Notes: generated by a model from the sequence alone, not told the origin. A stretch of DNA of 64,000 nucleotides from an uncultured Verrucomicrobiae bacterium (GCA_963706955.1 CAVPOC010000006.1:32001-96000); one strand, 5' to 3'; shown: positions 1 through 9,361, counted from the first letter of the stretch. Program-made: numbers and translations.

Positions 1-1
1 C

Positions 2-913
2 CAGGCCGAGGCTTGGGGCTGGACTAATTTGAAGACGCTTGGATTGTCTGCGCTGGCGATCGTTCTTCTCGGGCTGTTTCCCGTCGTGGAAAAGCGCGCT
101 CGCGAGCCCCTGATCCCAAGCGACATCATGCGGAACCGTGAGATTTTGGTCCTGTGTTTCTGCGCGGTAGCAATCTGTCAATTGTTCTTCATCGTTTTGC
201 TCTACTTCACCCAGTATGCTATGAAGTTCCTCGGCGACGATCCGATGTGGGCCGGTGCTCGGGTGGTTCAGTTCATGTTGAGCTACGGGGTGGTCTCTTA
301 CTTCGGTGGTGTGCTCTACGGATTTTTCGGCGCGCGGAGGTTGATCCTTGGCGGCCTCGTTTGTGCGGCCGTAGCGAGTGCGCTGCTTGGAATCTTCGGC
401 CCCGGAGCGGGATGGCTGGCCTTTAATGGATCGCTCATGCTGCTCGGCATCGGCGTCGGCGCAGTTATTCCCACGGTCACGACACGGGCGATCGAGGCCG
501 TCGGACTGGATCGCTCAAGCCTCGTGAGTGGGATCGTCTTCATGTGCCAGCTTTCGGGCGCCGCTCTGATGCTCGCGGTGAGCACGGCAGTATTCTCTGC
601 GGTAAGTGCCCGCAATTTGCAGGGTTCTCTCGCTCGCGACGGAATTGTTCTCGCGCCCGATCAACGTCAGGCGGTCGAAGAAATCATTTCCGGCGCCCGA
701 ACCGTCCATACGCTTCCGCTTCGGACGGCGGCGGAAGTGGGCGATCTGGCTGAAATCGTTGAGCGGGCTTACCACTCCGGTCTGAGCGTGGTCCTTTGGC
801 TCAGCGCCGCGCTTGTTTTGATTTCCATTGTCCTCGTCTTGCGCTTGGTGAGGCCAAGCGCTGCGCCTCAGGCGCAGGTGGCGGTGCGTGCCTCCGAATT
901 GCCTCATCGGTGA
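2..913 (+). CDS. MFS transporter, DHA2/EmrB-like C-terminal half (5' truncated by window edge)
   Basis: Frame open from position 2; multiple hydrophobic TM segments, 'EKRAREPLIP' loop motif and the large loop before the last TM typical of 14-TMS MFS. Confidence 0.8.
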   Translation, partial: QAEAWGWTNLKTLGLSALAIVLLGLFPVVEKRAREPLIPSDIMRNREILVLCFCAVAICQLFFIVLLYFTQYAMKFLGDDPMWAGARVVQFMLSYGVVSYFGGVLYGFFGARRLILGGLVCAAVASALLGIFGPGAGWLAFNGSLMLLGIGVGAVIPTVTTRAIEAVGLDRSSLVSGIVFMCQLSGAALMLAVSTAVFSAVSARNLQGSLARDGIVLAPDQRQAVEEIISGARTVHTLPLRTAAEVGDLAEIVERAYHSGLSVVLWLSAALVLISIVLVLRLVRPSAAPQAQVAVRASELPHR

Positions 914-1427
914 GCACACCGATGAAAGGCAAATTGCGATACCGTTGGTTGTAGTCCAGGCCATAGCCGATCACGAATTCGTTGGGAATGTCGAAGCCGA
1001 CGTAGTCGGCTTCGACGCGCCGCTCGCGGGTGACACTCTTTCGCAGGAGAACGCAGACCGCGAGGCTCAACGCACCGCCCTCCGCAGCCAGTCGCTCCCG
1101 AACGGTGTGCAGTGTCATCCCGCTGTCGAGGATGTCGTCCAAAATCAAAACATGGCGACCACGAATGTCGGCAAACTGAGTCTGGCGAATGTTTAGTCGA
1201 CCGATGCTCTTGGTGCCGTGATAACTTGAGACGCTCAAGCAATCCACTTGCAGCTGGAGCGGGATTCGCCGCAGCAGGTCCGCCATGAAGATAAAGCTGC
1301 CATTTAAGACAGCGAACACGGTGAGGTCCTTGCCTTCGTAGTCTTCCGTGATTTCGCGAGCGAGTTCATCAAGCCGGCTCAGAATAGCCGACTCATGGTA
1401 AAGAATCTTCTTGATGTCTTGTAACAT
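801..1427 (-). CDS. hpt: hypoxanthine phosphoribosyltransferase
   Basis: VLNGSFIFMADL, PRPP-binding VLILDDILDSGMT, FVIGYGLDY...YRNLP motifs; ATG at 1427. Confidence 0.95.
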   Translation of the reverse strand: MLQDIKKILYHESAILSRLDELAREITEDYEGKDLTVFAVLNGSFIFMADLLRRIPLQLQVDCLSVSSYHGTKSIGRLNIRQTQFADIRGRHVLILDDILDSGMTLHTVRERLAAEGGALSLAVCVLLRKSVTRERRVEADYVGFDIPNEFVIGYGLDYNQRYRNLPFIGVLTDEAIRRHAPPPAPEAQRLASPSARRGQWKSKQARR

Positions 1428-1443
1428 CGGAGGCGCTGGCACT

Positions 1444-2031
1444 TCAGCGATAGGAGCCGATCGCGGTCAGCTTTCCTTTTCGTAGCGCGAAGAGCTCCTT
1501 GCTGACCGGATACGAAGACGAGTCGTACTCAGCGATAACGATTTCCGAGAAGCGCTGAAAGGCCGGGGTCCCCCGAGGAAAAACAAAGATTCGGAAACGG
1601 TTGGGAATTGCGACCAGAATATCTGGACCCAGAGTCTCGTGAAAAAGTGTCCCGAACTCAGGCGCAAGCACTGCCGATGCCGTCAAGGGACTTGTCGACT
1701 CGAGCACTGCGCATTGGATGACTTTGTTTTCATCGCGTATGAAGCGGGGAGTCAGCGTGGCGAGCACCTCGGAAGCAGCTTTCGTCGCCGACGCCAGAAT
1801 TGTGTCTCGAGTCGCGCCGAAGGTGAGGATGTCGTCGCTCTTCAACGGAAGCATTTCGCCGCTTACGTAGCGGGCCGGCACCAGAACCGTCCTCTCGGCG
1901 CCCTCGATCGGCCAACTCGCTTCGTAGTGCATAAAAGTCGGCTCGATGAGAAGATGCCATGTCTCGGCGGCTGCGGAATGCGCCGCTGCTGTGACGATGA
2001 GAAAGCTGAGAGCGCATTTGAGTTTTCGCAT
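1444..2031 (-). CDS. hypothetical protein with signal peptide
   Basis: MRKLKCALSFLIVTAAAHSAAA-E signal-like N-terminus; stop at 1444 sits just upstream of hpt. Confidence 0.7.
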   Translation of the reverse strand: MRKLKCALSFLIVTAAAHSAAAETWHLLIEPTFMHYEASWPIEGAERTVLVPARYVSGEMLPLKSDDILTFGATRDTILASATKAASEVLATLTPRFIRDENKVIQCAVLESTSPLTASAVLAPEFGTLFHETLGPDILVAIPNRFRIFVFPRGTPAFQRFSEIVIAEYDSSSYPVSKELFALRKGKLTAIGSYR

Positions 2032-2055
2032 TGGTCTGCTAGAGAGGGCGAGACT

Positions 2056-2661
2056 ATGATTTCTTTTCTTGAAGGCGTGCTGGAGGAAGCGCTTCCCACG
2101 CAGATCATCGTTAATGTGCACGGCGTCGGCTATCACGTGATGATCCCTCTTTCAAGTTTTGAGCGGCTTTCCGAGCCGGGTTCTCCTGTAAAAATCCTTA
2201 CCCACCTGGTGGTTCGTGAAGATTCCCACACTCTCTATGGCTTTGGCACTTTGGCAGAGCGTGACCTGTTCCGGCTCTTGTTGAATCATGTCTCTGGCGT
2301 GGGGCCGAAGCTGGGTCTGGCGATACTCAGCGGCATGGCGGTTGAAGTGTTTAAGGCCGCTGTCGTTTCCAACGATATTGCAGCGATCTCGCGCATCAAA
2401 GGCGTGGGCAAAAAGACGGCTGAAAGAGTCGTTCTTGAGCTGAAGGACAAAGTTGGGGTCGCCGCAGAGTGGGAAGCGGCGAGTGCGGCCACCGCCCCGA
2501 GTGAGCGCGATCAAGCTATGCACGACGCGGTGCTGGCCTTGATCTCTCTCGGTTACAAGCAAGTGGAAGCCCACAAGGCAATCAAGCAGTGCCTGGCCGA
2601 GGCCTCCGGGCCGCTCGGAGCCGACGAGTTGGTCAGAACGGCTTTAAAGATTTTGGCATGA
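2056..2661 (+). CDS. ruvA: Holliday junction branch migration protein RuvA
   Basis: MISFLEG, VHGVGY, THLVVRED..LYGF, HhH motifs VSGVGPK and IKGVGKKTAER, ALISLGY. Confidence 0.97.
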   Translation: MISFLEGVLEEALPTQIIVNVHGVGYHVMIPLSSFERLSEPGSPVKILTHLVVREDSHTLYGFGTLAERDLFRLLLNHVSGVGPKLGLAILSGMAVEVFKAAVVSNDIAAISRIKGVGKKTAERVVLELKDKVGVAAEWEAASAATAPSERDQAMHDAVLALISLGYKQVEAHKAIKQCLAEASGPLGADELVRTALKILA

Positions 2662-3974
2662 ATGTGGAGAAGGCGCAGCGTGCGGAAGCCATTCACTCCG
2701 CCTTGCCGGAAGGTGGCCTCTTCCACGAAAAGTCTTGGCGGGTCTCTCCGGACGCCTTTGTAATCGGCCGGAAGTTTGCTGAAGAGCTTGGAAAGCTTGG
2801 GTATCGTCTCCTGCGATTTGTCCGCGCCTGTAATCAACTCTATCGCTTCAGTGTCAGCGGACGTCAGCCTACCTGGATTGCAGAGCTCCTAGACCGCGGC
2901 AAACCTCGCGAACTGGTAGCCATGCAGCGAGAAAGGTCTCTCGCACTCGCAATCCCCAAGGTAATTCGTCCTGATCTCATCCTCACTGACTCAGGATATG
3001 TAATCGCCGAGCTCGACAACGTTCCCGGCGGCATCGGTCTGACCGCGTGGCTGGATCAGGTCTATTCGGACAATGGTGCGAGAATACTCGGCGGTACCGA
3101 AGGCATGCTCGATGGATTTGCTTCGATCCTTCCCGGCGGCGATATCGTCGTTTCCGAAGAAGCGGCGACCTACCGTCCCGAAATGGAGTGGCTGGCGGCT
3201 CGACTCAACGAATCGCGTTCAACCCTTGGCCACTGGCGCGTGGTGGACACTTTGCCGCGCGAAGACTGGCAATCAGAAGTCTATCGTTTTTTTGAGCTCT
3301 ATGACCTCGCCAATGTTCGTTGCGCCCGACAGCTGTGGGAGAAGGAACTCGCCGGTGAGCTGTCAGTGACACCTCCCATGAAGGCTGCGTTGGAGGAGAA
3401 GATGTGGTTTGCTCTTTTCTGGCTGAAGCCCCTGGAGTCGTTTTGGAGACGAGAACTCGGTGAACGCGCAATGCTGGCTCTGCGCAAGGTTATTCCGTAC
3501 ACCTGGTTGGTGGACCCTGAACCGCTACCCAGGCATGCGGTGCTTCCTCGCTTGGAGACGCATACCTGGGCCGAGGTGGCCCACTTCAGCCAGAAACAGA
3601 GGACTCTTATTCTTAAGATTAGCGGCTTTTCGGAGCACGCCTGGGGCTCCCGTGGTGTCGTGGTGGCACAAGATATGTCGCAAACGGCGTGGAAAGCTAA
3701 ACTCGAAAGCGCGTTGGCTGAGTTCAGCACCCACCCACATATATTGCAGCAATTTCACCAGGGGCGGTTGATCGGCCATGACTACCTTGATCCCGCGGCT
3801 GGCGAGCTTCGCCGAATGCGAGGGCGCGTTCGGCTGTGCCCCTACTACTTTGTCGGAGAAAAGACCGCGGTTTGCGGTGGGGCTTTGGCCACGATTTGCC
3901 CGGACGATAAGAAGCTCTTGCACGGGATGACCGACGCCATCCTCGTTCCCGCGGCGGTTGACATTTCAACTTAA
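2658..3974 (+). CDS. putative circularly permuted ATP-grasp / glutathionylspermidine-synthase-like ligase
   Basis: IRPDLIL, ELDNVPGG, ILK.SG...WGSRGV, ILQQF pattern; ATGA overlap with ruvA stop. Confidence 0.65.
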   Translation: MNVEKAQRAEAIHSALPEGGLFHEKSWRVSPDAFVIGRKFAEELGKLGYRLLRFVRACNQLYRFSVSGRQPTWIAELLDRGKPRELVAMQRERSLALAIPKVIRPDLILTDSGYVIAELDNVPGGIGLTAWLDQVYSDNGARILGGTEGMLDGFASILPGGDIVVSEEAATYRPEMEWLAARLNESRSTLGHWRVVDTLPREDWQSEVYRFFELYDLANVRCARQLWEKELAGELSVTPPMKAALEEKMWFALFWLKPLESFWRRELGERAMLALRKVIPYTWLVDPEPLPRHAVLPRLETHTWAEVAHFSQKQRTLILKISGFSEHAWGSRGVVVAQDMSQTAWKAKLESALAEFSTHPHILQQFHQGRLIGHDYLDPAAGELRRMRGRVRLCPYYFVGEKTAVCGGALATICPDDKKLLHGMTDAILVPAAVDIST

Positions 3975-4064
3975 ACCGGGTTGATTGCTTTTTGTTGTTG
4001 ACAAACTGTCACCTCTATCTTCTTGTCACCGTTCCCTGCGACTCAGTCGCCGGGCGCGGGTGCT

Positions 4065-4283
4065 ATGAACAGCCAATTTCTTGACGAAGCTTCCAAAGTG
4101 ATTCACGAGCCTCAAGTTTTAATCAACATGGTGTCGAAGCGGGTCCGCCAATTGAGCGCGGGCAGCCGCGCAATGGTTCCCGTGGAAGGTCGCATGGGTC
4201 TCGCAGATATCGCCTTGGCCGAGATCGCTCAAGGCAAACTAGTCCTCGCCGAAACGTCCAACGGCCAGGAGCCCGAAGAGTAA
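4065..4283 (+). CDS. rpoZ: RNA polymerase omega subunit
   Basis: LINMVSKRVRQL ... IALAEIAQGKL pattern, 72 aa. Confidence 0.85.
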   Translation: MNSQFLDEASKVIHEPQVLINMVSKRVRQLSAGSRAMVPVEGRMGLADIALAEIAQGKLVLAETSNGQEPEE

Positions 4284-4303
4284 TCCCAACGGGCGGGCGT
4301 CCG

Positions 4304-4762
4304 ATGTCCGCGGAAATCGTAACCAATCGCAAGGCGCTCCGAGATTATCATATCTTGGAAACGTTCGAGGCGGGTATCGAACTCAAGGGCACGGAGGTTA
4401 AGTCGATTCGGTCTGGACTCGTAAACTTGCAAGGTTCCTTCGCGCGCCTTGAAGGTGGAGAGGTCTTTCTCTTTGATAGCGACATCCAGCCATACTTGCG
4501 CGCGAGCCACGAACAACATGAGCCAAGACGCCGTCGAAGGCTGCTCTTGCACCGAGTGGAGATCGACAAGTTAGCCAGCGCAACGGAACAGGCTGGTTGC
4601 ACGCTCGTTCCCTTGAAAATGTATTGGAAGCAAGGGCGTGTTAAAGTTGCCCTCGGCATTGGCAAGGGCAAAGTGGCTGCAGATAAGCGAGCCGATCTCA
4701 AAAAACGCGTGCAAGAAAGGGAGGTTCAACGTGTGCTCGCTGGACTTCAGCGCAAACGCTAG
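4304..4762 (+). CDS. smpB: SsrA-binding protein
   Basis: NRKA..DY.I.E.FEAGIELKGTEVKSIR, LLLHR, GKGK...DKR. Confidence 0.97.
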   Translation: MSAEIVTNRKALRDYHILETFEAGIELKGTEVKSIRSGLVNLQGSFARLEGGEVFLFDSDIQPYLRASHEQHEPRRRRRLLLHRVEIDKLASATEQAGCTLVPLKMYWKQGRVKVALGIGKGKVAADKRADLKKRVQEREVQRVLAGLQRKR

Positions 4763-4776
4763 CGTAAGCGCACGGT

Positions 4777-4948
4777 TAACCACCGAGAACACGGAGGGAC
4801 AGAGTCTGGAAAGACAAGAGACCTCCTGAGACGATCGTCTCAAGGTCAGGGACGCGATCGTTCGAAAATCTGGCTGAATGACAGCGGAGCTTTGGACCAA
4901 GGTCATTTTATAGCATTTCCTCTGAGTTCTCTGTGTCCTCTGTGGTTA
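4777..4948. repeat. imperfect ~28-bp inverted repeat (MITE/REP-like element) with internal palindrome
   Basis: TAACCACCGAGAACACGGAGGGACAGAG (4777-4804) vs reverse complement of 4920-4948 TAACCACAGAGGACACAGAGAACTCAGAG; internal palindrome TGAGACGATCGTCTCA. Confidence 0.7.
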
Positions 4949-5056
4949 TTCCGAACGAAACTCACAGTTCGAAGCTCGCGTGGCTCTCTTTGACTGGGGA
5001 CGGCAAAAAAGAGATTGTTTTTGAGGGTCCGGCAGCCATATTTGCCCACCCTCAAA

Positions 5057-5130
5057 GGAGCCTTAGCTCAATTGGTTAGAGCGCTGCCCTGTCACGGCAG
5101 AGGTTGCGGGTTCGAGCCCCGTAGGCTCCG
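5057..5130 (+). tRNA. tRNA-Asp (GTC), CCA not encoded
   Basis: Acceptor stem GGAGCCT/AGGCTCC, D-arm TAGCTCAATTGGTTAGAGC, anticodon arm CTGCC-CTGTCAC-GGCAG, T-arm GGTTCGAG. Confidence 0.97.
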
Positions 5131-5206
5131 CTTCATTATGTCAGCGTCGGCTCTCATTGGGACAGTGGTCCTGCGCTGCTGTGCACAGCTGGGAGTTTCT
5201 TAGTTA

Positions 5207-5797
5207 TTAAGGCAGCGGCCACCCTCCGTAGCCGGCGCTGGGATCGAGCGGCGCAGGTGCGCGCTGATGAGTTCGCTGCGCGTATGTCTCATAGCTGACC
5301 AGCAGGACGCTCGCCTGCACAAGCGCTTTCTCGACGGGAGGTGGCTTCGGTTCGGCGAAAATGAGCCACTCGCAGGCGCGCATTGGCTCGGTCTCCACAC
5401 GTCGAAAGCTCCACCAGCTTTCGGCATCTCGCGGTATGCCGTAGATCGCACCAAAACCGGAGAAGTGGAACGCGGATTCTGCATCCTCGGCGGCCGGGCG
5501 CCCCGAATGGACGTTGAGTCGATGTTTATTTCTCATTTCCGCAAAGAGCCTGAACGAACCGCCACTCTTTTCCGTGCTCAGGCCCAACCAAAATGATTCT
5601 TGATCGGCGACGGGCACACAAAAGGTTCCCTCCTGGTCGCAGGCGACCGGCAGCATCCCAAGGCTGCGTATCGGGGTGCGGTGAATGCCTTCGGCCGGGA
5701 GGCGACAACGCTGGAAACTGACGCGCATCATCCCGAATAGACGCAGCGCGCCTTCCTCCAGGCGAGCCGCGCCTGGTTCCGGTGCGTCTCCGCTCAC
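5207..5797 (-). CDS. hypothetical protein (VSFQR...P...FWL-type unknown family)
   Basis: 196-aa ORF whose GTG overlaps the caspase stop (GTGA), consistent with translational coupling. Confidence 0.75.
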   Translation of the reverse strand: MSGDAPEPGAARLEEGALRLFGMMRVSFQRCRLPAEGIHRTPIRSLGMLPVACDQEGTFCVPVADQESFWLGLSTEKSGGSFRLFAEMRNKHRLNVHSGRPAAEDAESAFHFSGFGAIYGIPRDAESWWSFRRVETEPMRACEWLIFAEPKPPPVEKALVQASVLLVSYETYAQRTHQRAPAPLDPSAGYGGWPLP

Positions 5798-8367
5798 TCG
5801 TCAAACGAGCCCGCTTCACTCAAAAGCGATGCCAGGGCGTGCGGAGGGACTCGCAGTTGTTTCGCGAAAGTGGAAATCATTGTTCGCTGATCTCCGTCCG
5901 CGGTCGCGCTGTCAGGAGCTGCCGTGGACGCCGCGCCACCGAAAGATGCGGTGGACACGTCGAAGGGCTCGCTCGGATCGTCCGCTTTGGTGATTTGCTT
6001 GGAGGCGGTTTCCAGCCAGCTCTTTAGTTGTTTGCTGCGAGCCTGTTTCGATTTTTCATCGTAGCCCCAAACGAAATAGCCGCTTACTGGAACGACCGCG
6101 CGGACGCGCTCCCACAGCTCGATGGGCAGCAACTCGGGCTGCGTCTGGCTTGCTTCGACGATGAGCTCCCAGCTGCGGGCAAAGAGTGGCGGCTGTCGAA
6201 AAGGCTTCCTCGCCCGTAAGCTTGCCGCAGGGCAGTGCAGGGAGAGCGCCTCCACATCGGGATGGTCATCACCCACCAGCGCGCGGAGATTTGTGACCAC
6301 GCCGTCCAACAGATTGAGCTTGGACGATGGGTTGGGTCGGCGTCGTTCCTCCTGCAACAAAAGATGTCCACCTAAAATACCGGCGATCGGATTCTGAAAA
6401 TTGCGCACGAGAATCTCTTCGAGCTCCCGATTTAGAACTCGCCGCTCGTTGACCATGGCGATGCGTGCCGACTCGAGCGTTTGCTCCAATGCAACGTCGC
6501 GCTGGCTGTCGCCTACTCGTCTCATCAGTACCGTCATGCGGTTGAAACGGACATCGGCGCCAGTCTTACCGGCGGCGAGGGCCAGCAAGAATAGCTCCAC
6601 TGTCCAACCTTCCGGAACCGTAAGTGCGCCCGCTAGCATTCTATCTCGTTCGTGAGGGTAGCGCACGAAGTAGGTTCCTGCTGCGACGGGAACCTGGTCC
6701 TCTACGTAGGGGTCGCCATCGGTGGACTGTTCGGGCAAATCCTTAAGCGCACGAACGACCTGACCAGCTGAATCAAGCAACTCGGTCCCTTGCCAGGGGC
6801 GAGCTTGATAGGGAGGAGCTTGCTGACCGCTCCAGACGCGCGCCATCAGGCGAATCTCGGCCGCGAGTGGCGGATCGCCGGACGCAGAAGCGGTTGGGAC
6901 CGGTGACCCGCTTTGCCATGTCTTGAGCACGCCCCGGTGGGCTTTACTCGTCAAGCCGGTGCCAGGCAGCGGAGCGGCGGAATTGACTGCCGCCGACGCC
7001 ATCGAGAGATCAGCCAGAGGATCGGCGAGCGCCGGAAGAGCCTCGAAACCCTCCTGGAGCGTGGAGAAATCCAGATCCTGATCTAGCAAGATGATGGATT
7101 CGGTCACCGTGTGCCCCACACGGATTTTGAGTTTATACACGCCGAAGGGAAATCCCGCCGTCAAGACTCCCCGCGATTGCGCCTGTTTTCTCAGTGTTTG
7201 GTCGATCAGAAATATCTCTGCCGTGGGCTGACGTGGATTCACCATCAAGACGAAGTTGTCGTCAGGGCCGCCGGGTGCGACCGGCGCGCCTTTGCCGCTG
7301 ACCTGGACCAGATGGCTCTGCGGGCCGGTGACCTCAAAACCGTGTCGCAGGTGAAGCTCAGGTATCGCGACCACATATAACCCGTTCTCGAGCATCCGGT
7401 TCACCTCCGACTGAACGGGGAAGTTGTGCGAGGTTGCTGGCAGACCGCCCCACAACGTTGCTTGCTTTCCGACTGCATCCACGGGAAATGTCAAAGTTAC
7501 GGAGGTGCTCTGCTTCTGCCGTCCGGTCGCAAAGACTAGCGTTCGGTCGGCTTTCACCACCTCCGGCTCTTTGGCGATCGTCGGGTTTTTCAGGTCGTCC
7601 TCTGTCAGGTAAGCCGACATCCCATTGAGGAGGTAGTCAGCTAGGCTTCGCCCCGTGATCTGACCTTCGGAATCGACCGCTCCTCCCTTTAAGCCCTCCA
7701 GAAGCGCCCAGGTAAAGACCCCGTGAATCTCGTCGTCTTTTGCTTTAATCGGCCGCTCGACCGTCTTGAACTGCCGTGGAGCGGCGAATGCAATGAACGT
7801 GCCTCCCATTCGGCCGAACCGTGCCGTCTTCTTCATGATATTCTCCGGGTCGATGCCGAACTCACGGTCCATGCAACAATCCATCCAAAGAACGTATTCT
7901 TTGAAGTAGAAGTTGTCTTGAAACCACTCCAGCCAACCCGAGGCATAGGAATGCCAGCCGTTATCTGGAGTCGCATTCGCAACATAGAGAGCTCCACGAT
8001 AGCGGCTCGGCGAAAACCCGTGGCCGGACATATATATATAAAGCCGCCGTCCGAGCATCGGGTCATCCCGGGAGGCTCGCGGCTTCTCTTTACCGGCCTG
8101 CACGAGCGCGTCGAATGCGTCGCGCAATCGCTGCTGCTGTGGTTCGCCCTTCGTCGCTGTGGGCTCACCCCGAAAGTCGGAGGTGCAGATCAAATTGATG
8201 TGATCACGATCGTCCGGCAGGTCGCCACCATCCTTGGCTTTAAGCCAATTCGCGACCTCGAGCGCGTCCCGTTCGGAACCTTTTAAGTCCGCCGGGTCGT
8301 CCGGTGAAATCCCCAGGCCGGGATATTTTGTGATACCGACGACGATTGCGTAGTCGTCCGCGGCCAT
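5794..8367 (-). CDS. caspase-family (peptidase C14) multidomain protein
   Basis: YAIVVGITKY...LKG..RDA first strand, catalytic dyad motifs YMSGHG and WMDCC, HGVFTWALLEGL; about 570-aa uncharacterised C-terminus. Confidence 0.9.
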   Translation of the reverse strand: MAADDYAIVVGITKYPGLGISPDDPADLKGSERDALEVANWLKAKDGGDLPDDRDHINLICTSDFRGEPTATKGEPQQQRLRDAFDALVQAGKEKPRASRDDPMLGRRLYIYMSGHGFSPSRYRGALYVANATPDNGWHSYASGWLEWFQDNFYFKEYVLWMDCCMDREFGIDPENIMKKTARFGRMGGTFIAFAAPRQFKTVERPIKAKDDEIHGVFTWALLEGLKGGAVDSEGQITGRSLADYLLNGMSAYLTEDDLKNPTIAKEPEVVKADRTLVFATGRQKQSTSVTLTFPVDAVGKQATLWGGLPATSHNFPVQSEVNRMLENGLYVVAIPELHLRHGFEVTGPQSHLVQVSGKGAPVAPGGPDDNFVLMVNPRQPTAEIFLIDQTLRKQAQSRGVLTAGFPFGVYKLKIRVGHTVTESIILLDQDLDFSTLQEGFEALPALADPLADLSMASAAVNSAAPLPGTGLTSKAHRGVLKTWQSGSPVPTASASGDPPLAAEIRLMARVWSGQQAPPYQARPWQGTELLDSAGQVVRALKDLPEQSTDGDPYVEDQVPVAAGTYFVRYPHERDRMLAGALTVPEGWTVELFLLALAAGKTGADVRFNRMTVLMRRVGDSQRDVALEQTLESARIAMVNERRVLNRELEEILVRNFQNPIAGILGGHLLLQEERRRPNPSSKLNLLDGVVTNLRALVGDDHPDVEALSLHCPAASLRARKPFRQPPLFARSWELIVEASQTQPELLPIELWERVRAVVPVSGYFVWGYDEKSKQARSKQLKSWLETASKQITKADDPSEPFDVSTASFGGAASTAAPDSATADGDQRTMISTFAKQLRVPPHALASLLSEAGSFDE

Positions 8368-8401
8368 AGCAGCGTTACTCTCTCGCAGGAGAGCTTTTCG
8401 G

Positions 8402-9103
8402 CTACGAGTAGGCTTCCCGGACGATCTGCTTGTCCGTTTCCGTGAGATTGGTGTTGAGGCCGGCCGAGAAGCCGTCCTGCGTCCATGCGAGCGGAATGGG
8501 ATACATCATGATCGACTCGGCGTCCACTGGTGAGCTGTGAACCGAGGCGGGATCATACTTCCTGAACATGTTGTTCTCAATCGTTTCGAGATCCCAGTTG
8601 TTCGGCGGGCCTTGCAGGTCTTGAATCACGGCGTCGCGGTTCCACTGGATGGCGCGATTCGGGTTTTGGTGTTCGTGGATCAGCCCGAGCGCATGACCAA
8701 ACTCGTGCAGCACCACTCGCCGCACCTGGTCGTCGGTGGACTCGTCTGTCAACCACCCATAGTTCATTGTCGGCTCACTCGCGTCGATCTGGCGCGCGAC
8801 CGTGCCCAGGTACGACCAGGATCCCCGGCCCGGTTCGAAGGCAATCCGGATATCGGCGTCGCCCTCCTGGACGAAATCGAACCTCAGATTCGCGATGGTC
8901 GTCCAGACCAAGGCGACATTCTTCACGCGCTCCTGCAGGGCGGGGCCGCCGTCGAGGAACTTTACGGTGACGGTTGATCCGGGAGTCCATTTCAATCCGC
9001 TGAGCAGTGCGGCTTTCGTTCCTTGCGCTTTTGCACGATCTGCACCGGTTAAGCTCTCGATCCCGGGGCACATGCAGTAGTAGTTCTCTTCGTTGTTACT
9101 CAT
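8402..9103 (-). CDS. metzincin zinc metallopeptidase (astacin/MMP-like), no signal peptide
   Basis: HEFGHALGLIHEHQ zinc motif, SIMMY Met-turn, ADIRIAF..GSWSYLG. Confidence 0.93.
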   Translation of the reverse strand: MSNNEENYYCMCPGIESLTGADRAKAQGTKAALLSGLKWTPGSTVTVKFLDGGPALQERVKNVALVWTTIANLRFDFVQEGDADIRIAFEPGRGSWSYLGTVARQIDASEPTMNYGWLTDESTDDQVRRVVLHEFGHALGLIHEHQNPNRAIQWNRDAVIQDLQGPPNNWDLETIENNMFRKYDPASVHSSPVDAESIMMYPIPLAWTQDGFSAGLNTNLTETDKQIVREAYS

Positions 9104-9361
9104 AGTGTTATAGATGGTATTTGTTTCGGCGGGGTAAATGGAGTCTGCCGGCTACCGGATAGGTCCGAGAGTAGACACACGTCATGAAAATGCCAAGCGG
9201 CCAACCAGAGAGGTGGCTCGCGAAACGATCGGCCTCGCCCGCATGCGGTTCAACAAGCACTCTCGGTTTCGTTGGCAACTTCCTGTATCGCTGCATAAGC
9301 GAAGTTTAGTCGAATGCCAATATTATACTTACGCGAGCCGCTTGCTTAATCGAAGCGATGA

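Noticed and set aside
3998..4026. Sigma-70 promoter for rpoZ from perfect TTGACA
   Set aside because: No acceptable -10 hexamer at 16-18 nt spacing
4763..5056. tmRNA next to smpB
   Set aside because: No GGGG..-TCCACCA tRNA-like ends or tag reading frame; the gap is explained by the inverted-repeat element
9108..9296. 62-aa ORF between the M14 and metzincin genes as a substrate peptide
   Set aside because: No SD, no compositional or repeat features; cannot be supported from sequence alone
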